IMG/VR virus record: IMGVR_UViG_3300045684_000009
Coordinates: 32,001 to 96,000 of that record
Strand: one strand, 5' to 3'
From: a virus
Length of the DNA: 64,000 bases
The notes under the pieces are model-generated. The model did no database searches. It worked only from the letters and a program-made list of their open reading frames with translations, and was not told where the DNA came from. Made by a program: the position numbers and the translations under genes. Positions 29,661-39,744 of the stretch are shown here, piece by piece. The first letter of the stretch is position 1. Every line of letters begins with the position of its first letter.

Positions 29661-32462
29661 ATGATAGACTTTAAAGATTACGTAAATTATCCTTTACAAC
29701 TCTTCCAAAATGGAGGTTTAACAACCTTCAATATTGGAAACGAAGCACCCACCAACGGGTTAGCTGCGCAGATGGCGGCTAACATTCCAATAGCACCCAT
29801 CGTACAAAATCCTTTAGATATCTCTAGTTCATTTAGAGATAGAACATTGGATTTACAAGAAGATGCTTTTTCGTATAGAAAGACTAAAGACATCATGGAC
29901 TTTACTTCTAAGCTATATGATAAAGTGGGAAAAGGTGTAGCTACGTCTACAAGTGACGCTACAGGTTTGTATCTCCCTATATATGGAGAAGATGAAGCCC
30001 AGTTTAACAAGACGTATGGTGAGATGCAGTCTAACATGACGAATGCTATGTTTTCAGGTGACACACAGACAGCAATAAAATTGTTTAATGAGTTAAATCA
30101 ACTACCCAAAAGTAGGAACTTTAGAGTGGCGGGTGAAAATAGTGCGATATTAAATTCCATAACCAACTTTAAACCTGAGTTAAAGACTGGTCAAGCATTC
30201 GATACTCAAGGAGCTTTAAGTTTTTCTAAGAAAGCTGAAGATTGGTTAAGACAAGATGATAATAAGTACAGGTCGTTGACTGATTTTATGCGACAAGAAG
30301 GAGTTAGTAATTTAGAAGACTTCGTGTATAATGAGAATGAGGCTGTAAAAGAAATAGACACATATATAAAAGCAGATGCTGACTTCGAATATAGACAATT
30401 AATGGCTGAGTCCATTGGTGGTAATCCTGCATTAGCTGAATTAAGAGAGAGGTTAGTAGACGGTGGAGACATATCTTCACAAGATTTAGCTAAATTCCTT
30501 ATGTCAAATGGAACTACAAAGCAACATATTGCTAACACAATTGGTGGTGGAGAAAAAGGTTTAACTAAATACATCGATCAAAGAAGACAAAACACTACTA
30601 TAAATGAAAAACAACTCAACAAAGTCATAGATGTAGCTACAGAACTTAATCCTCAACTATATGAAGTGGAGGTTGATGGTAAGAAGTATGAGGTGAAGTT
30701 GGATGCGTTAGGTCGAATAGTAGAAGATAGGGTGGAGACAATAGGTAATATTGAGCAAGCCGAAGCCGAGTTTGGTTTTGACACTCAATTAGCTACTCAG
30801 AAAAACGAAGCGGCGGTTCAGTTAGAAAAAGAGAAGACAACTAGAAAAGCTACAAAACAAACATACGAAGCTAATAGAACTTCTTCAAGTAAAAATACAT
30901 ATGAAACTATAAATAATTCTGGACTAGTTGATAATGAGCTAGATGCCGATTCAATGTCTAAAGATATGTTGAATGCGTATGAGGATGGGAAAGAGATGGA
31001 TGTATTGTTTGCTGAAATAGTAGAGACATATGAAATAGAGGGCGACGAAGCTAAAAAAGAATTAGCAGACACTATAGAAAAGACTTATAGAAACTATAAA
31101 TCTAATGGTCTTGAGGCGGGTATTAATAAAATAGAACCTATTAAAGAATCAACAAGTACCGACTTTATAAAACCTTCGGGAAATGAGATATTAGATATGG
31201 GTGAATTGTTCCATAAAATTGAAAGCCCTAATAAAGGTTTTGGAGCTACCAATGATGAAACAACAGCTTTAGGTAATTGGCAATTCTTATACACTGACTT
31301 CAGAGACCAAATATCGGCAGCTATAGACGATAGAGGTTTGGAGTGGGAAGGTATACAACTTACAGATGAAGAGGAGGATTACTTCAGAACTAATAACATA
31401 TGGGGTTCGGCTAAACGACGTAAGGCTAATAATCTTACAGAGGATGATAAGAAGAAAGCTGCGGCGTTTTTAAGAAGCCCAGAAGCTCAAAAAGACTTAT
31501 GGGGAAGTAATTACGAAGAATATAAATCAAACTTACCACAATTAAGAGAGTTAGACACTGAAGGTAAATACAGTGATGCTCAACTTATGTATATGTTACA
31601 TCACCAAGGTACATTAAAGTCAGCTAGTGAATTTATCAAAACAGGTAAATCTCCTATAACGGCTGCAGGTAGAAATATAACTAATGAATTAAATAGAGCA
31701 TTATCTAAGATGGCTAAGGTTTCTAGTAATAGTGGTTTTACAGGGTTTATAGATGAGGACGGTATGAGTAGAGGTTCTAGTGATACCGTAACTCCACAAA
31801 CAGAGTTTGATCCTAGCATATATTACGATATAGATTCGAAAACAACTCTTACAGAACCAACCTCTGTTGACCAAGGTTCTACAACAGAACCTGTAGATTC
31901 TACATCTGAAGTTGCACAAAGTCAACCACAATCTCGATTGGAGAAAGTATTAACAGATACTCAAGAAGAAAGAACTCAGGTATTTGGAGAACTGGCTACA
32001 TTAGACACCGAAATAGGTAAATATGAGGAAGTTATAAATACATTACCAGACACCGACGAGTTTGGTAGAGACAACCAAGAGAAAATAGACTTATTAGAAT
32101 CGCGAAGACAAGCAATCAATAAAAAACTATCTAAAGAGAGAGCTTTTGAAAGGCTTAATAAGAAGAATGACGGTGCGTTTACTGAAATGAATGACAGAGA
32201 AGAGGTCGCTAATTTAATCATAGAGAAGATGGGTCAAGTAGGTCCAGGAAAAGAACATGAATTCGATGAAGTAAGGCGAGTGTCAGGTAACGCCAAAGTT
32301 AGAGGTAATTTAAAAGTAAGAATGTCATCAGATGGTGAGACTTATGTAATTACAGCAGGTCAAGGTAGAGTCACAAATCCTAAAACAGGTGGCGAAGTAT
32401 TTAACAAAACAGATCTTGTTGATTATTTAAGAGTGGCGGATGATATTAAATTAAAAAAGTAA
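29661..32462 (+). CDS. Virion cargo/ejection protein 2 with lysozyme-like domain
   Basis: Largely helical. Contains IES..GF.A.N..TTALGNWQF...YMLHHQG, resembling lysozyme/transglycosylase folds. Confidence 0.6.
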   Translation: MIDFKDYVNYPLQLFQNGGLTTFNIGNEAPTNGLAAQMAANIPIAPIVQNPLDISSSFRDRTLDLQEDAFSYRKTKDIMDFTSKLYDKVGKGVATSTSDATGLYLPIYGEDEAQFNKTYGEMQSNMTNAMFSGDTQTAIKLFNELNQLPKSRNFRVAGENSAILNSITNFKPELKTGQAFDTQGALSFSKKAEDWLRQDDNKYRSLTDFMRQEGVSNLEDFVYNENEAVKEIDTYIKADADFEYRQLMAESIGGNPALAELRERLVDGGDISSQDLAKFLMSNGTTKQHIANTIGGGEKGLTKYIDQRRQNTTINEKQLNKVIDVATELNPQLYEVEVDGKKYEVKLDALGRIVEDRVETIGNIEQAEAEFGFDTQLATQKNEAAVQLEKEKTTRKATKQTYEANRTSSSKNTYETINNSGLVDNELDADSMSKDMLNAYEDGKEMDVLFAEIVETYEIEGDEAKKELADTIEKTYRNYKSNGLEAGINKIEPIKESTSTDFIKPSGNEILDMGELFHKIESPNKGFGATNDETTALGNWQFLYTDFRDQISAAIDDRGLEWEGIQLTDEEEDYFRTNNIWGSAKRRKANNLTEDDKKKAAAFLRSPEAQKDLWGSNYEEYKSNLPQLRELDTEGKYSDAQLMYMLHHQGTLKSASEFIKTGKSPITAAGRNITNELNRALSKMAKVSSNSGFTGFIDEDGMSRGSSDTVTPQTEFDPSIYYDIDSKTTLTEPTSVDQGSTTEPVDSTSEVAQSQPQSRLEKVLTDTQEERTQVFGELATLDTEIGKYEEVINTLPDTDEFGRDNQEKIDLLESRRQAINKKLSKERAFERLNKKNDGAFTEMNDREEVANLIIEKMGQVGPGKEHEFDEVRRVSGNAKVRGNLKVRMSSDGETYVITAGQGRVTNPKTGGEVFNKTDLVDYLRVADDIKLKK

Positions 32463-32469
32463 GTAAGTA

Positions 32470-35400
32470 ATGAACGAAGAATTATTACAATTAATATACG
32501 ACAATGAAGGTTTTGAAGATAGAGGTGTCAGCTTTGATAAGTTTAAAACTGACATGTCTAACCCTGAACTACAATCTTTAATATTTGAGAAAGCTGGTTT
32601 TGAAGATAGAGGTATAAGCTTTGATAAGTTCCAACAAGACTTAGGAATGTCTCAACCTCAACCAACACAAATTGCAGAACCTAAAAAGGAACTCACAGCA
32701 AAGGAGAGAATGAGAGCGTTGGTCAACCAAGGTTCTGAAACAGAAGTAGAGGGTGAAAAGGATATAAACAATCCTTTAAAATCTTTTGGTAAGAGTTTTT
32801 ATAATTCAGCAGTGTCGTTACCTTCTCAAGTTATAGATGGTATAGATATACTTAGTAATCAAGGAGCGATGGGTATTATAAAAGGGGCTAAGGTTTTGGC
32901 AGACGTGATAGGTGCAGAAGATACTTCTGAATTCTTAGAAGAGTCTATAGGTCGTGGTGAAACAATGAAACAAGTTACGTTAGATAGAATGCTCGAAAGT
33001 GCGAACAAGCGATCAGAAGCTAACGAAGGGCTTACTAAATCTATTAGAGACGTGTTTGATGACGACCCTTTAATAGATAACATCATAGATGGAGTGAATT
33101 TAGTGGCGGGTTTTGCAGGAGATGCTTTACCTACGATAGCAGCAAGTGTTCTATCATATGGTACAACGGGTTTTGCTCAAATGACTACAGAAGGTTACAC
33201 TAGTGCTGTGATGGCTAAAGCAGAGGTGTTAGGTATAACCCCCGAAGAAGTTATAGATCAAGGTTTAGATCAAGACGCTTTAATAATCTCTATGGCTGCA
33301 GCAGGTGCTGCGTTAGAATTCTTAGGTGCTAAAGGTGTGGCGAAACAAGCTATGAGTAATTTATCTAAGAAGAGTTTCACAAACGAAATTAGAAAAAGAG
33401 GAAAAGGATTCCTTAAGAGTCCTGTTAACATAGAGGGTGTCACGGAAGCAGCTCAAAACTTATTAACATCTATATCTACAGCAGCAGAGTCAGGTCAAGA
33501 ACTAGACGAAAACTATTTTAGAGAATTAGGTATAGACTCTGTAGATGCGTATATTGGTGGTGCATCAGGTGCGGCAGGTGCTAACGTTATAACTAGTCAA
33601 TTAGGAAAGTTAAATCAGAAGTTGTTTAAACAAGGTACTACTGCACAAGCTGTATCAGAAGCTGCTCCTAATTTATCACAAAAAGACCAAGATAAAATAA
33701 TAGATTTACAAACAGAGTTAGAAACGTTAGAAGATAACGACACTGAAGCTGGAAAACTACGTAAAGCTGAATTAAAGAATGAAATCAAAAGTATACAATT
33801 TCCTGAAGAAGATACTACTAAGCAGACTGAGAAGTCGGATGCGGTGGTAAAAGACAAACCTAAGAAAAAGACAGATACCAAGACGAAGATACCAGACTTA
33901 ACTGATGACCAATATAACACATTTGTAGATACAGGTGATGCCTCACAAGATATAGTAGACGGTATCGCTGCAAAGATTGCAGATGATGCTCCACTCACAG
34001 ACCGTGAGAGAGCCGTACAACAAGCTAAAGGTGTAAACATAGAAGAAGCTCTCCAAGCTGTAAAAGACCGAGACGTAGCTTCTGATGACCTCTCAACGCC
34101 TGTTGTAGAGCCAATTGAAACATCTGAGGCGGGATTAAAGGTTCAATTTAAGAAATTCTTCTCTTCTAGAGCGAAAGGTAAAGAGAAATCAGGTATTAAA
34201 AGCGAACAAGACGTTGAAAACAACGCTTCTTTTGCAGCTACAATACTTAGAGCTGTAGCTGAAACTAGAGCAAAGCAATTAGGTATCACTCCTGAAGAGT
34301 ATATATCTAATACATTTAGCGGTGGAATAGGAAAGATGAAAACATCAGACATCGATGAGGCTCAATCTAAAAAGCAAAGTGATGACGACATAATTACGTT
34401 CACTAAACCTTTAAATGGTGAGTTATATTCTAAGAGTAAAGAGTCTGAGTTTGAACAAGTACCTGTAAAGTTAGGTGACATAGGTGTTGAACAAACATCG
34501 TCACCCGATGACGGGGGTAGGTCCACGTATACTATAAAAGCAAAAGACCAAGAACTAGGTACAATAGAAGTGTTAGAAGATGGTGACACTGTTAGAATAG
34601 ATTTATCTAATCTGTTAGGTACAGTATATGGTAAAGGTGATAATGTAATAAACCTCGCCAACACACTAGCTAAGGCGGCGAAACACACTAAACTAAAATT
34701 AGATAAACTAGGTAACACATTAACTACTGTAACTGCAGACACTTGGGTGACTGGTAATCTAAATTCAGGAAAAGGTATAGGTAAGAAAGCGTATATCGAT
34801 TTAGGTAACAAGTTAGCACTAGAAGGTGTAACCTTACAGTCAGATAGAGAGGGTAGTAGAAGCGACGCTGCTAACGCTATGTGGAACAACCTCGTTAAAG
34901 ACGGTAAGGCTGAATTGATTGATGATACTTATAATACACCCGACGGTGTAAAGAAAACAAATAGATATCAATTCATACCAGATGATGGTGGTATTAATAA
35001 CATACAAGATGCGGTAGAGTACTTAGATAGAAGAATACCTGAATTAGAGAAGCAAGGTGCTAACAAGTCGCGAATAGCTAGATTGAAGGAGTATAGAAAT
35101 GCTTTAGATAAGGATTCTAAGTTCCAAAACGACAACTCAATAAATAGAGGTGCGGTTGTAACTTTGGCTAATATGGATTTGTTAATAACGTCATTAGAAC
35201 AACCTAATGCTTTTACAGCTATCCACGAATTCTTTCATGGGTTTATGAAGGATGCTACACCTGCTGAAAAGCAATTATTCGTAGATGAATATAATAAATC
35301 GTTTAAACCTACGGATAAAAGAGAGTTAGCTAAAAGCTTTAAGAACAGAGATGTTGAAGAATTTGGAGCTAGAATGTTTGAGAAATACATCGGTAACGGT

Positions 35401-38400
35401 AGAGTTGTTGATGGTAGATTGAATGCAGAAAAGAAAGCTAGATTCCAACAAATATTTGATGCATTCTCTGAATGGATGGGTGATGTATACAATCGTATTA
35501 TAACGTACACAAATAAAAAAGGACAAACTGCGGAGGTAAAAGTATCTCGTGAAGTTAAAGACTTATTTGATAATCTTTTAAATATAAAAACAAATGTCAA
35601 AATCAAAAATGACCAAAAACCCAAAAGGAGCAACAATGACCAAAGGGTTCGGGAAACGCAAGAAGAAGATGATGGGCAAATCTCCGAAGATGAGATAGTA
35701 AATGATGGGGATCGAGTAAGATCCCCCACTCAAAAGACTATAAACAATGCAGATGCCCCTACTCAAAGTGATGAGGAGTTCTTAAAAAACTTAGATGAAG
35801 TGTATCACTCTGATAAGTCTATAAATAGAGAGATAAACTCCACCATAAAGTCGATGGGTTCTGCGGGGTTCACCAATATTGAATCTTTATCTTTTTCGAA
35901 TGCTTTAAAAGAAGCAGCCAAAGCTGGTAGAATAAGCCCTGACGGTTCTAAAGAGCGTCAGATAGCTCATGATGTGTTAGATGGTGCAGGTGTAGATGAG
36001 TTTGATGAAATCGCTTTACAATTTGCTCTAGCTAATACTCAGAGAAAATTAGTAGAATATATAGGTGAGGCACAGTCGTTACCAGATGTTAACGCTGAAT
36101 TATCTCAAAAGATATTAAGTACCAGACAAGATTTAGATATATTTAATTTAGCCTTACATAGAAGTGGTCAAATTGGTGGTAGAGTTCTTAGAATGCGTCA
36201 GGTTTTATTAAACGATCTTAACAGTTTGGGGTCTATGATTTCTAAGATTGAGTCATCTTCTATACCTGTGAATCAGAAGAAAGCATTGAGAGATTTAGCT
36301 AACAAAATCGATCAAAATTCTAAAGACATTCAACAAAAAGTGTCAGATTCTACAGATACAATTAGGTCCAAAGCTAAATCTGAAACAGGTAAGTTTATTA
36401 AAGAAAATAAGAAGTCATCAAAAAGAGCTAACAAAGACGCTAGAACCAACTTTAAAGATAAGTTTTCTAAAAAGAACGATAAGAAGGGAAAAGGAGATGT
36501 TAAGTTTTCGCAAGATGGTTATGACAATGGTTCTTCGTCAATTGTCGAGTATGCAAAGTATTTAATCAAAAGAGATTTAAAACTTACAGACTTGAATAAA
36601 TTAGCAATAGGTAAATCTATAGATATAGGTAAAGATGATTTTAAAAAGGTGGAAAGTAATAAATTCATAGATTCTGAAGGTTCTGAATTTAGTACTAAAC
36701 AGTTGGCTAATAAGATTAAAAACTATAATAAAAAAATAGAGACTATTGAAGGTGTGGTGGACGAGATATTACAAACATACAACCAACTACCTAATAAAAA
36801 TCCTAACTTCATAGTAACAAGAGACGATATACTTCTTAGTATGTCTAACGGGATTAATCAGAACATACTTAAATCTAGAGAAAGGCTTACCAAGGATTTA
36901 ATTGAATTAAGAAAGATAAACTTACAACTCACTAAACTTAAGAATAGTGTGGAGGGCGTGGTTACTCAAGCTAAGGCTAAAAAGATAATAGACTATTCTA
37001 AACCTTTATCTGATCTTAAAGCTGCAGTGAAAGCTATCAACAGTGTATACACTAATAAAGACAAGTTGTTTTCAATGTCTGAAGATGAAAAAGGTAGGGT
37101 TGCTGAAATGACAGCAGAAATATCTAGGCTATATTCTGCAATATTTATGAACGATGGTGCGGGTATAACAGATGACCAAGTCAAACAACTAATGAGTATA
37201 GCTAATAATCTAAATCACGACAAGAAGATTGATAGATTAACTAAAAAGAGAGATAGCTTACTTGATGGTAGTTACACACCACCAAAACAAAGAACTAAGA
37301 AACGAGTAGAAGACGACGATATAGCGCAACTTATCGATCAAAACATCGAATTGAGGGGTGAATTTATGGACAAACTTAGGAGAGCAGAAGTTTATTATTC
37401 AATACTTGTTGAAGAGATAAAGGCTGTAGATCCTGATAACCCTACTGAAGCTGAAATTAAGAAGGCTAACTGGGTGTGGGATAAGAAGATTCTATTTAAC
37501 TTTAGGAACTGGTTTGAAGGTTTTAGAACTTATAAGTTGGGTCTCGATTTCTCATTTGGGTTTATGCAAGGTGGTCCTATGATTTTTAAAACTTTAGCTG
37601 AGAATACTGCAGGTAGAGGTGTAGATATAGTCACAGGTCGAGATAGGTTTACTACTAGAGGTAGTTTGAACTATGAAGGGTTGAAAGATGCGTTACATAA
37701 AGCTGTATCAATTGGGTTGAAAGCAGGTTCTGATAGAAACTTAGATGCTGCTGTGGATGATTACAAATCTCTTATGACTCTATCTTCAAATAGATTAGGT
37801 AAAGCTATGGGTGTTAAAATGGAGAAACCTGGACATAGTAACGATGATATGTTTAAAGGTAGGACTGCAGCAGACTTTATAAGTGACACGCCTGTATTAA
37901 AATTCATGAAAGTTATAGCATCAACGTTTGAGAATTTCTCAGAGGCTAGTTATACTGTATTTATTAACAGACTTGCGGCCACCCAATGGAACACATTTCT
38001 TAAAGTAAATGAAAATGCGTCTGTTGAGGAAATGAAGGAATACGCAAAAGTTATAAATAACAATGTAGGAAGGTCTAATCTTAAAGTTACTGGTCCTATG
38101 AGTGATATAATATTAGCTCCTCGATTTTACACATCTAGGATTCACATGTTAGCAGAACCATTTAAGGTGTTAGGTAGAGGTATAAAAAAGAAGGGTAAAT
38201 TAAATCTTGCAGATAAAGAAAGACTTAGAGATTTAACATCTACTGTTACAGGTTATACAGCGTTGATAGCGTTGATGGCAATGGGTGGATGGGATTATGA
38301 AGAAGACCCAAGAGCTAAAGGGTTTGCTAAATTCAAAAAAGGAGATGAAACTATAGATTTTACTGCTGGAATGGGTAAGTGGGCAGATGTAGCTGTTAAG

Positions 38401-39111
38401 TCTTTGGCTTTTACAGATTCAATATCTGGTGTTGAGGCTTTTAGTAAGTTGTTTGGTGAGAGACTAAAATCAGAAGAGTTCAATAAATTTACAGACGCAC
38501 CTTTGACATTAGGTCTTAGAAAGATAGGAACATCGCTTAACGTACCATTTTTATGGTTAAACTCGTTAATGACAAATGAAAACGTAATTGGTCAAAACTT
38601 AGGAGTAGAGTGGTATCAGAGATTACCTAACACTATAGTTGCTGCAATATCTCCTATTGTTTTTCAAGACTTTATTACAGATGCTATTAATCAACCTTTA
38701 GATGAGAAATATCCATCCCCATTTTGGGCGAAAGAATATAGTAATACTTTATCTATCTTAGGTATAGGTCATATAGATTATGAAAATAACTTAAAACATA
38801 TACATGTTATAAAACATTTAGATAAGTTAGAAATATCACCCGATAGGTCTATTGACAGAAGTGTTGTTACTAAAAGAATACCCGAAGTAGATAAGGCTAG
38901 TTTTAGAAACGAAGCTATTATAGACAACGCTAAAGCTGAAATAAAACACGCAGTTGGTAGTAGAATATTGGCGGACTTAAATAAAGGTAAAAACCCAAGT
39001 AAAGAAGTTATAGCTAAATATACAAAAGATGAGGCAACTAGAATTCTAAGAATATATTCAAAACACTACGGTCTTAAGTTCAACTCATCAGGTAAAGCTA
39101 AGAAGAAGTAA
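32470..39111 (+). CDS. Large polyvalent ejection protein (GNAT-like and zincin HExxH domains)
   Basis: 2213 aa. GKGIGKKAY...LQSD...SDAANAMW (GNAT-like), TAIHEFFH...EEFGARMFEKY (zincin), and a C-terminal APRFY.SR...DPR...F.K.K.G region of the kind seen in phage internal virion proteins. Confidence 0.65.
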   Translation: MNEELLQLIYDNEGFEDRGVSFDKFKTDMSNPELQSLIFEKAGFEDRGISFDKFQQDLGMSQPQPTQIAEPKKELTAKERMRALVNQGSETEVEGEKDINNPLKSFGKSFYNSAVSLPSQVIDGIDILSNQGAMGIIKGAKVLADVIGAEDTSEFLEESIGRGETMKQVTLDRMLESANKRSEANEGLTKSIRDVFDDDPLIDNIIDGVNLVAGFAGDALPTIAASVLSYGTTGFAQMTTEGYTSAVMAKAEVLGITPEEVIDQGLDQDALIISMAAAGAALEFLGAKGVAKQAMSNLSKKSFTNEIRKRGKGFLKSPVNIEGVTEAAQNLLTSISTAAESGQELDENYFRELGIDSVDAYIGGASGAAGANVITSQLGKLNQKLFKQGTTAQAVSEAAPNLSQKDQDKIIDLQTELETLEDNDTEAGKLRKAELKNEIKSIQFPEEDTTKQTEKSDAVVKDKPKKKTDTKTKIPDLTDDQYNTFVDTGDASQDIVDGIAAKIADDAPLTDRERAVQQAKGVNIEEALQAVKDRDVASDDLSTPVVEPIETSEAGLKVQFKKFFSSRAKGKEKSGIKSEQDVENNASFAATILRAVAETRAKQLGITPEEYISNTFSGGIGKMKTSDIDEAQSKKQSDDDIITFTKPLNGELYSKSKESEFEQVPVKLGDIGVEQTSSPDDGGRSTYTIKAKDQELGTIEVLEDGDTVRIDLSNLLGTVYGKGDNVINLANTLAKAAKHTKLKLDKLGNTLTTVTADTWVTGNLNSGKGIGKKAYIDLGNKLALEGVTLQSDREGSRSDAANAMWNNLVKDGKAELIDDTYNTPDGVKKTNRYQFIPDDGGINNIQDAVEYLDRRIPELEKQGANKSRIARLKEYRNALDKDSKFQNDNSINRGAVVTLANMDLLITSLEQPNAFTAIHEFFHGFMKDATPAEKQLFVDEYNKSFKPTDKRELAKSFKNRDVEEFGARMFEKYIGNGRVVDGRLNAEKKARFQQIFDAFSEWMGDVYNRIITYTNKKGQTAEVKVSREVKDLFDNLLNIKTNVKIKNDQKPKRSNNDQRVRETQEEDDGQISEDEIVNDGDRVRSPTQKTINNADAPTQSDEEFLKNLDEVYHSDKSINREINSTIKSMGSAGFTNIESLSFSNALKEAAKAGRISPDGSKERQIAHDVLDGAGVDEFDEIALQFALANTQRKLVEYIGEAQSLPDVNAELSQKILSTRQDLDIFNLALHRSGQIGGRVLRMRQVLLNDLNSLGSMISKIESSSIPVNQKKALRDLANKIDQNSKDIQQKVSDSTDTIRSKAKSETGKFIKENKKSSKRANKDARTNFKDKFSKKNDKKGKGDVKFSQDGYDNGSSSIVEYAKYLIKRDLKLTDLNKLAIGKSIDIGKDDFKKVESNKFIDSEGSEFSTKQLANKIKNYNKKIETIEGVVDEILQTYNQLPNKNPNFIVTRDDILLSMSNGINQNILKSRERLTKDLIELRKINLQLTKLKNSVEGVVTQAKAKKIIDYSKPLSDLKAAVKAINSVYTNKDKLFSMSEDEKGRVAEMTAEISRLYSAIFMNDGAGITDDQVKQLMSIANNLNHDKKIDRLTKKRDSLLDGSYTPPKQRTKKRVEDDDIAQLIDQNIELRGEFMDKLRRAEVYYSILVEEIKAVDPDNPTEAEIKKANWVWDKKILFNFRNWFEGFRTYKLGLDFSFGFMQGGPMIFKTLAENTAGRGVDIVTGRDRFTTRGSLNYEGLKDALHKAVSIGLKAGSDRNLDAAVDDYKSLMTLSSNRLGKAMGVKMEKPGHSNDDMFKGRTAADFISDTPVLKFMKVIASTFENFSEASYTVFINRLAATQWNTFLKVNENASVEEMKEYAKVINNNVGRSNLKVTGPMSDIILAPRFYTSRIHMLAEPFKVLGRGIKKKGKLNLADKERLRDLTSTVTGYTALIALMAMGGWDYEEDPRAKGFAKFKKGDETIDFTAGMGKWADVAVKSLAFTDSISGVEAFSKLFGERLKSEEFNKFTDAPLTLGLRKIGTSLNVPFLWLNSLMTNENVIGQNLGVEWYQRLPNTIVAAISPIVFQDFITDAINQPLDEKYPSPFWAKEYSNTLSILGIGHIDYENNLKHIHVIKHLDKLEISPDRSIDRSVVTKRIPEVDKASFRNEAIIDNAKAEIKHAVGSRILADLNKGKNPSKEVIAKYTKDEATRILRIYSKHYGLKFNSSGKAKKK
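32509..32630 (+). repeat. 35-bp imperfect direct repeat within the CDS (32509-32543 and 32596-32630)
   Basis: ggttttgaagatagaggt(gtc/ata)agctttgataagtt, encoding a duplicated GFEDRG.SFDKF peptide. Confidence 0.8.
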
Positions 39112-39116
39112 TAAAA

Positions 39117-39150
39117 ATAACCCCTCCAACACTTTTGTCAGAGGGGTTAT
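39117..39150. terminator. Probable bidirectional terminator between the convergent gene blocks
   Basis: Perfect 10-bp inverted repeat ATAACCCCTC...GAGGGGTTAT directly after the last plus-strand stop. The upstream A-tract gives a U-tail on the minus strand. Confidence 0.75.
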
Positions 39151-39172
39151 ACGAAATGCTAGTAACTTGTTC

Positions 39173-39427
39173 TTAATTATCGTTTATATCGTCTAGTAAA
39201 TCTTTAATAGCAACGTCTGAGTTGAAATTGTTTATTAAAGGTTCTACAGTTTCATTGAATACTTTATCAATGTCATCTAATAAAGTAAACAACATTATAT
39301 CATCTGTTGTTGGTTTTTTATTCGAACTCTGTATAGACATATTAATACCGAACGCTATTTTGTGCGTGGTCATAAGGGTACTCAATATTTCTATATTTTT
39401 CAATAACATATCTTTTTTGTCATCCAT
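39173..39427 (-). CDS. Hypothetical protein
   Basis: Last ORF of the minus-strand block, tightly packed. Confidence 0.55.
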   Translation of the reverse strand: MDDKKDMLLKNIEILSTLMTTHKIAFGINMSIQSSNKKPTTDDIMLFTLLDDIDKVFNETVEPLINNFNSDVAIKDLLDDINDN

Positions 39428-39429
39428 AT

Positions 39430-39744
39430 TTACTTAGATTTATAAGCTACAACCTTCTTACTATCATCACCACCTGTGATAAATATGTTAAAGGTTTGAG
39501 AACTAGTTGTAATAACTTCAATATCGAAGTCTTTAATTAGATTATTGATTAAGGCGTCTATATAAAACAACCCACCATAATCAGTTGTCAATCTTAACGC
39601 TGCATGCATTAAGTTTATTGGTGGTGGCGATTTACCTTTATAAATGAAATAATCATTCATAGTAGTTATATCTACATTACCATACTTAGTCGGTGGATGT
39701 TGCATCCTGTAATTCAGGTATTGTAAGGTTCTCTTCTGATTCAT
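39430..39744 (-). CDS. Hypothetical protein
   Basis: ORF overlapping the end of recA, co-oriented. Confidence 0.5.
   Translation of the reverse strand: MNQKRTLQYLNYRMQHPPTKYGNVDITTMNDYFIYKGKSPPPINLMHAALRLTTDYGGLFYIDALINNLIKDFDIEVITTSSQTFNIFITGGDDSKKVVAYKSK

Noticed and set aside
83-38483. Many minus-strand ORFs in the plus block (e.g. 1038-1796, 34362-34889), and plus-strand ORFs in the minus block
   Set aside because: They lie antisense within long, motif-bearing genes and have shadow-like Ser/Pro/Ile-rich composition with no recognisable motifs.
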